A stretch of DNA of 64,000 bases, from NCBI GenBank assembly GCA_964484305.1, contig CAZAEI010000001.1, forward strand, positions 26,936 through 90,935, in the 5' to 3' direction. Positions 51,801 through 63,800 of the stretch are shown in pieces. The notes beneath the pieces were generated by a model that ran no database searches, was not told where the DNA came from, and worked only from the letters and a program-made list of their open reading frames with translations. The position numbers and the translations under genes are program-made. This DNA is from an uncultured archaeon (lineage in GTDB: Archaea; Aenigmatarchaeota; Aenigmatarchaeia; QMZP01). Each line of letters begins with the position of its first letter. The first letter of the stretch is position 1.

Positions 51801-54800
51801 AGCTACTATGTATACTACGGAAACCCAGCTGCCTCTGATCCACCAACAGAGGAGAGCAACATATACGCCCTCTGGAGGGATTTCGACAGCGATACTGTTG
51901 ACCAGCAGCCTCCTGGGTGGAGCCTGGCAGAAGACGTGACAGCCCTGAACGTGAGGGACGAGGGATGCTACAGCCCGTCGCAAAGCCTTGATATCGATGC
52001 ATCTGCAAACACATATGCCTGGATTACTTCTCCCGGTCTTTACGGGAATGACTACATAATGGAGGCAAGGGTGAACTACACAGCATCCAACACAAGGCAC
52101 GGCATTGCTGGAAGGGCTTCATCATCAGGAACATATGCCCTGATTCTCTACACGGGTGGTGTGCCTGCACCAGGACTGAGGCTTTCGAGAATAAGCTACA
52201 CGGGCGGCGAGAACGTCATTGTAACCGACACCACTACGAGTCCCTATGACAACATCTGGTATAACGTGAAGTTGCTCATGTATGGAACGAGTATAAAGGG
52301 TAAGTTCTGGAACGTGACAGAATCCGAGCCATCGGGGTGGCAGGTTGATGAGACGGACAGCAACATAGCATCGGGTAGCGTCGGTGTGTACTCGTACTCG
52401 AACGATGACGGATACATAGATGACCTCTCTGTAAGGTACTATCTCGAGCCAGAGCCCACAGCATCCTTCCTGGGTGAGGAAAGGCTCATCATCCCTGAGA
52501 TAGAATCGATAAGGGTGTACAACGTGACCGGACTGGGTGACACTCATTCAGGAGGGAGTCTGGTGGTGTCTGGCCTGAACGAGAGCTACAACGTAACCCT
52601 CAACGAGACCGGGCACGGCTATTATAGGATCGAGATAAACATTAGCGTAAGTGCTGACTGGAACCTGTCTGTCCTGACAAAGGCATATCATGAGGGCCTT
52701 GATTCGGGCTGGGAAGTGGACACTACCAATGACGTCTGGTACAGCATGGGCGCAGGAGACTACACAGGCGGCACGCTCTCTGCTGGGAAGGTTACCTGGG
52801 ACACGGTCCAGGATGGGTCTGTTGATGCAGGGGGTCACGTCACCTTCTATTACGTGCTCAATGCCACTGGAGTGCCTGGGGAAGAGGGGGTTCACTTCGT
52901 TATCAATGAGGCCAACTACGAGAGGGCCAATGGGCTCTCTGTGGATGATGACTACTCCACAATCAGGGTCGATGACGTTACTCCACCAACTTATCTGTAT
53001 GATGGTGACAACTCAAGCGGTTCTGTCAATGATGGCGAGACCGTGGAGGCGTCTGCGTACTGGGACGATGGGGTTGGGCTTGATTATGCAACATTGAGTA
53101 GTAATGAGACAGGGAGTTGGGTTAACAGCAGTTATTATGATTTCGTTGGGACACCCGGTTATTCGAACTTCTCAATTGATAGCAGTGGTCATCCTGGGGA
53201 GACCATATGCTGGGTCATCTGGGCTAATGACACCAGCGGGAATTTGAATGGGAGTATGGGTCAGCACTGCTTTGATGTGAATGATGTCACACCGCCCTAT
53301 TACCAGTATGACCAGGATGACTTGAGCGGGGCAGTTGATGACGGTGAGACTGTTGATGTGTCTGCCTATTGGGATGATGCAACATCTTCACTGTCAACTG
53401 CTGTGATGAGGAGCAACGAAACGGGTAGCTGGGTGAACACCAGTTATTTCCAGTTCACGGGTAAGCCTCAGTACTCAAACTTCTCGGTTGACAGTTCAGG
53501 GCATCCTGGAGAGACCATATGTTGGGTCATCTGGGCTAATGACACATCAGGTAATTTGAATGGGTGTATGGGTCAGCACTGTTTTGATGTTAGTGATGTG
53601 ACACCGCCTTACTATATATATGACCAGGATGACTCTAGTGGGGTAGTGGATGATGGAGATACTGTGCAGGTTTCTGCTTACTGGGATGATGCTATCTCTT
53701 CTCTGGACAGCGCTGTGTTGAGGAGTAATGAGACAGGGAGTTGGGTTAACAGCAGTTATTATGATTTCGTTGGGACACCCGGTTATTCGAACTTCTCAAT
53801 TGATAGCAGTGGTCATCCTGGGGAGACCATATGCTGGGTCATCTGGGCTAATGACACCAGCGGGAATTTGAATGGGAGTATGGGTCAGCACTGCTTTGAT
53901 GTGAATGATGTCACGCCACCTAGTTATCTGTATGACCAGGATAATTCGAGTGGAGCAGTTGATGATGGGGGGACTGTTGAAGTGTCTGCTTACTGGAACG
54001 ATGATGTTGAATTGGAGAGTGCAGTATTGAGGAGCAATGAAACAGGTAGTTGGGTTAACACGAGCTATTATGACTTCGTTGGAACACCTGAGTATTCGAA
54101 CTTCTCGATTGACACTACAGGGCATCCGAACGAGACAATATGCTGGGTTATATGGGCTAATGATACTTCAGGTAACCTGAATTCGAGTATGGGGCAGCAT
54201 TGCTTTGACGTCAGGGATGATACTCCCCCACAGTTCATGGATGCACAAACAAACTACACGAGTATAACAAACCAGGCATTGGAGCTCAACATCACGGTCA
54301 CTGATGACATTGGAGTTAGTGGTGTGTGGTTTGACATAAACGGTACGAACTACAGCTATGACAGCAGCTCTGGTGATTACTACTACTATTACTTCGACTG
54401 CCAGGTGTTCGGTTCAGGGATGTGGCACTGGAACGCTACATGGACAGATGATGTTTCAGGCAACCTTAACTACACCATGGGTGAGGGTCTGCCGCAGTGG
54501 TTCGAATGCGACGTGGACTACCCATACTACAGCCAGGATGTTGACAACAGTTCTGGATCCGTTCAAATCGGAGAGATAGTCAACATGAGCGCATACTGGC
54601 AGGATGGGTATGGCAGCCTTGACACGGCATTGTTGAGAACCAACCAGACAGGGAGCTGGACAGATGAGCAGGATTACTCCTTTGCTTCAACTCCTGAGCA
54701 GGTAATGTTCATGTTTGACACAACAGGACACCTTGATGAGACCATATGCTGGGTCATATGGTCTAACGATACTGTTGGGAACCTCAACAACTCAATGGGA

Positions 54801-57800
54801 CAGCACTGCTTTGACGTGGGGGACTCTATACCGCCCACATATATGTATGACCAGGATAACAGCAGCGGGCTTTTAACAGAGGGTTATTCCGTGGAGGCCT
54901 CTGCATACTGGAACGACAACCTGGAGCTTGAAACTGCGGTGCTGAGGAGTAATGAAACAGGGAGTTGGGTTAACAGCAGCTACTATGATTTCGTTGGTAC
55001 ACCAGGTTATTCGAACTTCTCAGTTGATAGCACAGAGCATGCTGGTCAGACAGTCTGTTGGGTTATCTGGGCGAATGATACCTCAGGGAACTTGAATTCG
55101 AGTATGGGACAGCACTGCTTTGATGTAAACAAGCCGCCACAGATAAATTCTGCAGAGTTCAACCAGACTACGATAAACCAATATGAGAGCGTTCTGCTCA
55201 CAGTGAACGTGACTGATTCGGACGGGGTTAGTATGGTTATAGCGACGTTCCAGTATCCTGATTTGGGCACATTAAATGTCACGCTAAGTCATGATGTTGG
55301 GGATAACTACACCTATGAATGGACAGACACCTCAGTGGCAGGCACTTACAACGTCACTGTTGTATATGCGAATGATACGTTTGATCGCTGGAATTCCAGC
55401 ATATATACATCATTGAGTTTCGAAGTAGTTGGTGATGCACCGCCCACATCCACACTGAATGCGCCTGCGAATGGGAACATCACAAGGACCACCACAACGG
55501 TTGTGTTCAACTGCAGCGGTTATGATGAGGTGGATTTGGTAAATGTATCGCTATATGGTAACTGGTCGGGTGGATGGCACGAGAACGAGACCAACACCTC
55601 GGGTTATGATGCCTCTGACTACATGTTCACCAAGACAATTCCGGATGGTGACTATGTCTGGAACTGCTACGTATGTGATTCCATAGGACAGTGCTCGTTC
55701 GCTCCAGAGAACTACACCTTCAGTGTGAACAGGTATCCTTACTATGAGAACGATGCTGATAACTCGAGCGGAGCTGTGAATGATGGAGAGACCGTGGAGG
55801 CGTCTGCATATTGGGATGACCCACATGGGGACCTGGATACTGCTATATTGAGGAGCAATGAAACAGGCTCGTGGGTGAACACCAGCTACTATGGGTTTGG
55901 TTCGACTCCAGAGTATTCGAACTTCACGATTGATACCACGGGGCACCCGAACGAGACAATATGCTGGGTCATCTGGGTGAATGACACTATTGGGAACTTC
56001 AACAGCTCAATGGGTCAGCATTGCTTTGACGTGAGCGATGTGAGCCCGCCTTACTATGTGTATGATGAAGATAATAGCAGCGGGGCAGTAGATGATGGAG
56101 AGACCGTGGAGGCGTCTGCCTACTGGGATGATGACGTTGAGTTGGAGAGCGCTGTGTTGAGGAGCAATGAGACAGGTTCGTGGGTGAACAGCAGCTACTT
56201 CGATTTCACGGGTAAGCCTCAGTACTCAAACTTCTCGGTTGACAGTTCAGGGCATCCTGGAGAGACCATATGTTGGGTCATCTGGGCTAATGACACATCG
56301 GGGAATTTGAATGGTTCGATGGAACAGCACTGTTTTGATGTAGGGGATGTTAGTCCGCCTAGTTATCTGTATGACCAGGACAACTCGAGCGGGGCAGTAG
56401 ATGATGGAGAGACCGTGGAGGCGTCTGCCTACTGGGATGATGACGTTGAGTTGGAGAGCGCTGTGTTGAGGAGCAATGAAACAGGGAGTTGGGTTAATAC
56501 AAGCTACTATGGATTTGGTTCAACGCCCGATTATTCCAACTTTAGCATTGACAGCACAGACCACCCTGGGGAGACTATATGCTGGGTTATCTGGGCGAAT
56601 GATACATCGGGGAATTTGAATAGCAGCATAGGCCAGCACTGCTTCGATGTTAGTGATGTTACGCCGCCTGCATATCTATATGACCAGGATGATTCTGGTG
56701 GGGCAGTGGATGATGGAGATACTATGCAGGTTTCTGCCTACTGGAATGATGACCTTGAGTTGGACAGCGCTGTGTTGAGGAGCAATGAGACAGGTTCATG
56801 GGTGAACAGCAGCTACTTCCAGTTCGCTGGTGCTCCGCAGTATTCGAACTTCTCAGTTGATAGCACAGGGCATTTTGGTGAAACTGTTTGTTGGGTTATA
56901 TGGGCGAATGATACATCGGGGAATTTGAATAGCAGCATGGGTCAGCACTGCTTTGACGTTGTTGATAACACACCACCGGTTTACCAGTACGATGGTGATG
57001 ACAGTTCGGGGGAGATTGAATCAGGCGATGCTGTGGAGGTATCTGCCTACTGGAATGATACAGCATCCGGCCTTGGCACGGCCGCGTTGAGAACGAACGA
57101 GAGCGGCTCATGGGCAGCCAGGGATTATCACCCGTTCTCGGCAGCCCCCGAATACTCCAACTTTACCATGCAGATAACAGACCATGTTGATGAAACCATA
57201 TGCTGGGTTATATGGGCTAATGACACGGTTGGAAACCTTAATGATTCAATGGGCCAGCACTGCTTTGACGTTGCTGACACAACGCCCCCGGTGTGGTCCC
57301 AGAACTCGACCGACTCGACTGTGGCTGATTCCCTTGTTGAGCACAGGCTGTACTGGGAGGATGCCGGCGGCCTGGCAGGATATATATTCTCCTTTGACAA
57401 CTGCATAGGCAGCTTTGTTAATGACAGCTGGATTCCGATGACAGGGCCTGCAAACTGGAGCAATGTGACAAAATACATCAGTGATACAGTGGGGTGCACG
57501 GTAAGGTGGAGGGTCTATGCAAATGATACCAAGGGCCAGTGGAACGATACGGGCATCATAAGTTATCAGACAACAGAGGACAATCCCCCCTACTGGTATG
57601 ACAATTCAACGAATTCGTCCCTGGCTGGAAGGGCTATACAGCACAGCGTGAAGTGGACCGAGGACAGCGAGCTGTCGGGGTATATATTCTCCTGGCACAA
57701 CGGGGCGAACTGGACTCTGGAGAGTGATAAGGAAGTTGGGACAGGGACGATTCAGATAAGGTTAAATGTAACAGAGAATGTCGATGTTCCAACCAGCTGC

Positions 57801-60800
57801 AGGGACGGGAGCTATGGCAGCGGCCAGAACTATGAGCTCTACAGTAGATGGACCACCCCGGATTCCGGTGAGGTCACGGTCTCGGGCCTGAGATTCTATG
57901 ATTCAGAGGCAAGCCTGTCGAGTAGCGAGAGCATAGAGGTTGCGCTTTACAATGAAAGCGGGGACAGAATAACTGAAATCGTTATCATAACAGGAACCGG
58001 TTCACAGGAATGGCTGACAGGGAAGCTGTCAACCACGGTGAATATCACGCTTGGTGAGAACTACACCATAGGTGTGGGGCCATCAGGCGGTTCAAGCTAT
58101 GCCATTGGCAGGGACACGAGTGCTGACTGCTCCAACTATCCCCCGACAGGGGCAGGAAGCCTGTACGAATCAGCGAGCGGTGGACTGAATGACCAGGTTC
58201 CCGGGAGCCAGCACTCCGATAAATTCAGTTTCTGGGGCATAGAGTACGAGGTCCCGGAAAAGGATGGAAACACGACATATTCCACATACCAGGATGTGGA
58301 TTCGGACCATGAAAGGGTGCTTAACATAACGGTTAAAATCGAGATTGACTCCTACAACCCGGAGGCCTCTGTAAACCAGTCAACAGGCGACCCTGACCTG
58401 GAAGTGGAGTTCTATGATGGAACCGGTTTCGTGAGCATAGGGGTGCTGAACCTGAACGAGAGCTATACAGGAGACACCCTGAACACCACCAATGCCAACT
58501 TCACCCTGACCACGACCGATTCCTCAATCATGGAGGCTTGGGAAACCGCGGATAACCAGGACCTCAGGATAAGGGGTATCTACATGGATTCTGTGAATTC
58601 CACACTTTACGATGAGATTAATTACACGAACGTGTGGGTCACCATCTACCATGAGCAGGAATTCCTTAACGATTCCTGGATGGAGATGACAGGGCAGGTC
58701 AACTGGAGCAATGTAACAAAGGTCGTGAACTCAACAGTCGGGGCAACGATTAAGTGGATTGTGTATGCCAACGACACCACTGACAACTGGAATGCTACGG
58801 ATGTCTTTGTTTATATAACGATAGAGGATACGGAGCCGCCCTACTACCTCTATGACCAGGACAACTCCTCGGGTTCGGTGGTGGTTGGGGACACCGTGCT
58901 GGCGTCCACCCTCTGGAACGACTCTATAAATGAGAATTCCCTCTCAACAGCCATATTGAGGACCAATAAAACAGGCTCCTTCGTCAATGAATCCTATTAC
59001 TCGTTCTCCACAAAGCCCGAATATTCGAACTTCAGCATTAACAGCACTGGGCATTTTGGCGAGACCATATGCTGGGTTATATGGGCAAATGACACTTCAG
59101 GGAATTTGAATTCAAGTATGGTTGAGCGCTGCTTTAATGTCGTTGACATCGAGGCCCCTGCATGGTACCAGAACCAGACCAGCATCGTATCAGTATACTC
59201 CCCGTCACAGCTGTCACTCTTCAACATAACCTGGGTTGATGAGGCAACATCGGTCCACACGGTTTATATAGAGGGGAATTGGTCTGGCTCTCCAGGGAAC
59301 TACACCATGTACATGGAGGGGGACGGGGTATACCAGCACAATCTTACCCTGCATGCTGGCAGCTTCTACTGGAGGTCCTGGGCGAACGACTCCGCAGGCA
59401 ACCTCAATGTCTCGGACACCTGGGAGTTCACTGTGTCCAAGGCAGACATCCTGGTCTGGTTGTTCCTGAACGGCACAGAAGGTGACTTCGGCATGACGTA
59501 CGGGGAGACATCCAATGCCAGCACCTATTCCTCGGCAGGCACGGTGCAGCTCTGGAGGAACGGGTCCCAGGTCGGGAACCCCGAGGTTGAGGTCTTGGGT
59601 GCTGGCTACTGGGAGTATCATGCCAATGCGACAGGTGACCAGAATTATACTGATAACTCCAGCGGGGTGACGTACTACCTGACAGTGGACCAGGCTGCCT
59701 CGTCAGCGGAACTCTATGTGAACGGCTCCAGGGACAACATGGCCCAGGGATATGGGGACAGTGTGAACGTGTCGGGTTACTGCGATTACGGCTCTGTGAG
59801 CCTGTGGAGGAATGAAAGCAGTGTGGCTAACCCGTACAGGGATGTGCTGGGCGCGGGATACTGGAACTTCACCGCGTACTGCTCAGGGGACGGCAACCAC
59901 ACCGGGAGCACGGAGCAGTGGTTCGTGACCGTGAACAGGGCATCCATGCCATTGTATCTGTATATAAACGACTCTGCAGACAACGTGACGCTCACCTATG
60001 GGAACACAACCAATGTGAGCGGGTACAAGGAATATGTAGAGGGTTCACTGGAGCTCCTGCTCAATGGCTCGGCAGGGAGCAATCCTGATATAGACAACCT
60101 GGGTACGGGTTACTGGAACTACACCCTGGTTTTTGACAAGACCCAGAACTACACTGCGAATTCAACAAGCCTGTTCATAACAATGAAGAAGAGGGCATCC
60201 CAAGCAACGCTCACGCTCCTGCCTGAGTCCCCTGTGGCTTATGACACATCCACCACTGCAACATGTGAAGTCACCAACCCCGAGGCAGCAGGCATTCTGT
60301 GGAGGAACGGCACGGACGTGAGCGGGGAGAATGGAACTGCAGTTACACTTGGAGCAGGATACTGGGAGTATGTTTGCAATGTCTCAGAGACAGGGAACTA
60401 CACATCTGCAGAGGACAGCTCGGGCTATACAGTGAACACGGCATCCTGCGGGATAGAACTCTACCTGAATTCAGGGGCTGTTAATCAGGACAACACAATA
60501 ATCTACGGGACCGATGCAAACGCAACAGCATACATCAATTTCACGCAATCTGTCTGGCATCTCGAGAGGAACGGAAGTGTCGTGGATTCAGGAACAGGCA
60601 GCATGCTTCAGGAGATAGAAGGTCTCGGGACCGGCTACTGGAACTACACCGCATTCTGGGACGGTAACGAGAACTGCACTAGCTGCCTTGAGATGTCCTT
60701 CCTCACCGTCCAGAAGGCGGTTTCGGGTACAGAGGTATACATAAACGGGTCAAGGGACAACCTCACCCAGACCTATGGGGAGAGTGTCAATGTTACTGCT

Positions 60801-63800
60801 TACTGTGACTATGGCTCAATAAGCCTGTGGAGGAACGATACTGAGATTGGGAGCCCTTACGGGGATGTGCTGGGCGCGGGATACTGGAACTTCACCGCGT
60901 ACTGCTCAGGGGACGGCAACCACACCGGGAGCACGGAGCAGTGGTTCGTGACCGTGGAGAAGGGGACCACATGGATAGGGCTTGAGGTGAGTCCCGAGGG
61001 GCCGGTAACCTATGAGACCCAGAGCACGGCTACCTGCCAGGTGAACAACACCGAGGTCTCTGCAGTGCTGTGGAGGAACGGCACGGACGTGAGCGGGGAG
61101 AACGGCAGCGCCGTGACGCTGGGTGCGGGGGGATGGGAGTACGTGTGCAACTGCTCGGAAACCCAGAACTACACCGCGGCGAGCAACACGAGTTATTACG
61201 TGGTTGATAAGTACCAGAAGGCTGTCGGGTTCTACCTGAATGGGAGCCAGGACAACCTGAGCATTGACTATCCGGATTCGGTCAATGCATCTGCCTACAC
61301 GGACAGGGGCTCGGTCACCCTCCTCATGAACGGCTCCTCTGTCGGAAATCCATACGAGGAGGTCATGACAGCAGGCTACACCTACAACTTCACTGCTGTA
61401 TCAGACGGGGACGACAATTACACAGTGGACACGGAGACCTTCTTTCTGGATGTCAACCAGGCTAGTTCGGAGATTGTCCTGATGCTGAATGGCTCTTCAG
61501 ATGACATCTATATAATAGGGGACGAGACCGTCAACCACACCGCCTACCTGAACGCTTCAGGGACGATATACATGTACATGAACGACAGCCTGATGCAATC
61601 GGGCTCGTCACCGCTCGTCAATATATCTGATTACCCGGATGTGGGGACATTCAATATTTCAGTCAACTATTCAGGGGATGTTAACCATACCGGGGCGTTT
61701 GATTTTCATCTTGTGAATGTTGTGTCAGGGGATGTTAAGCCCCCTGAAATTGAGATTGAGTCGCCGCTCAACGGCTCTTATCACAACATCACGTCTGTAT
61801 ATGCGAACGTTACAACGGATGAAACAGTAGACTGGTGCGGCTACTCCCTGGACGGGCAGGACGATGTGAGCATGAACAATGATTATGGAGACCACTGGAC
61901 TGACCTGCTCACAAGCCTTTCAGATGGGGAGCACAACCTGACCTTCTGGTGCAACGATACTGTAGGGAACATGAACTGGACTGAATCGATATTCTTCGTG
62001 GATTTGACAGAACCCTTTGTTGAGGTTCTCTATCCTGAGAATGTGAGCTATCCAGAGGACATGGGTGTGATAAACTACAGCTTCTCGGACAGTCTGGGAG
62101 GTTGCGGATGGTCTGCTTACTCCCTGAACAGTGGGAGCAACGTTTCCCTGGGCTGCGGGAATTATTCGGGTTCTGCCCTGGGTTCACAGCAGGGCCTGAA
62201 CAACCTTACTGTCTGGGCAAGGGACGAGGCATGGAACCTGAACCATTCCCTGGTCTTTTATACCTATGACAGCGTGCCTCCGCAGTATTCGGGCCTGAAG
62301 GAAAATGTTTCCAACCAGTCCAAGTATGCGCCGGTCAGGACCTACCAGTTCAACGTTACCTGGAGTGATGCTGTTTCATGGGTGGACACTGTCCTTATTA
62401 ACTGGGACGGGGTCAACTATACCAGCTCGTACAACACCTCCACGAAGTGGGTATTCGAGATAGACAGCCTCGCTGCAGGGGAGCATTCCTACTACTGGTT
62501 CGCAAACGACAGCCTGGGGAATGCGAACCAGACCGGGACCTTCACCTATGATGTGGTGAAGGCTGACAATGCGATATGGCTCTACCTGAACGGGTCTGGC
62601 CAGAACATCACGGCTGTCTACGGGGAGTCGGTCAATGCGAGCGCCTATGCGGAGCAGGGTTTGGTGGAGCTGTACAGGAACGACACCCCTGTGAGCAATC
62701 CTGAGGAGGAGGTCCTGCATGTGGGGGTGCACATATACAGGGCCTATGCACCGGGGAACCAGAACTACTCAAGCAATGAGACTGTTTTGAATGTAACTGT
62801 GGAGAAGGCCACCACAGAGATTGACCTTGTCCTAAGCCCCGGTTCCCCGGTGACATATGGGGTTCAGAGCACTGCCACCTGCCAGGTGAACAACACAGAG
62901 GTCTCTGCGGTGCTGTGGAGGAACGGAACAGATGTGAGCGGGGAGAACGGGACAGGGGTGACGCTGGGTGCGGGGGGATGGGAGTACGTGTGCAACTGCT
63001 CGGAAACCCAGAACTACACCGCGGCGAGCAACACGAGCTATTATGCGGTCAGCCAGGCAGACATACTGGTCTGGCTGTTCCTTAACGGGAGCGAAGGGAA
63101 TTTCGGGATTGGTTATGGGGAAACCTCGAATGCGAGCGCCTATACTGACTTCGGGACGGTTGAATTGTGGAGGAACGGGACGCAGGTGGGCAATCCCGAG
63201 GTAGAGACCCTAGGGGCAGGCCTCTGGGTCTACATTGCAAACACCACGGGGGATGACAATCACACGGCAAACGAGAGTGTCTGGAACCTTACTGTGTCAA
63301 AGATTGCATCCGCGATGACCCTGCTGCTGAACGGCACGGACGGGGATTTCAATGCCTACACATATGATTTCATCAACATCACCGTCTACATGAACCATGA
63401 CGGAAGCATCAGCCTCTACAGCAACAGGAGCCTTGCGGATTCCGGGCAGAGCCCGCTTGTGAACATAAGCAGATATACAGATGCAGGGAAGCTGAACATA
63501 ACGGCCAACTACTCCGGTGACGGCAACCACACACCTGCAGAGGCATGGCATATCCTCAATATCTCTTCTGAGACGGTGGCCCCCCTGTGGTATGACCAGA
63601 ACCAGACATCGGGGGGCGTCTATGTTAGCGTGCTCTTCAGGGGGGAATCCGCGAACCTCTCTGCATCATGGAGCAATGCCGCCCTTGACACGGCCTGGCT
63701 CGAGACAAACGAGACCGGGACCTGGGAGAACAAGTCAGCATACGGCTCGCCTAAGGAGATTACAGGCGAGGTTAATGAGAGTGTCTTCCAGTGGTCCAAC

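Noticed and set aside
40776-57275. Whether the highly periodic 309-bp repeats could be a CRISPR array or a non-coding satellite
   Set aside because: The period (309-312 bp) is a multiple of 3. Copies diverge mainly at synonymous or conservative positions, with no short invariant repeat plus unique spacer structure. They are coding repeats in one frame.
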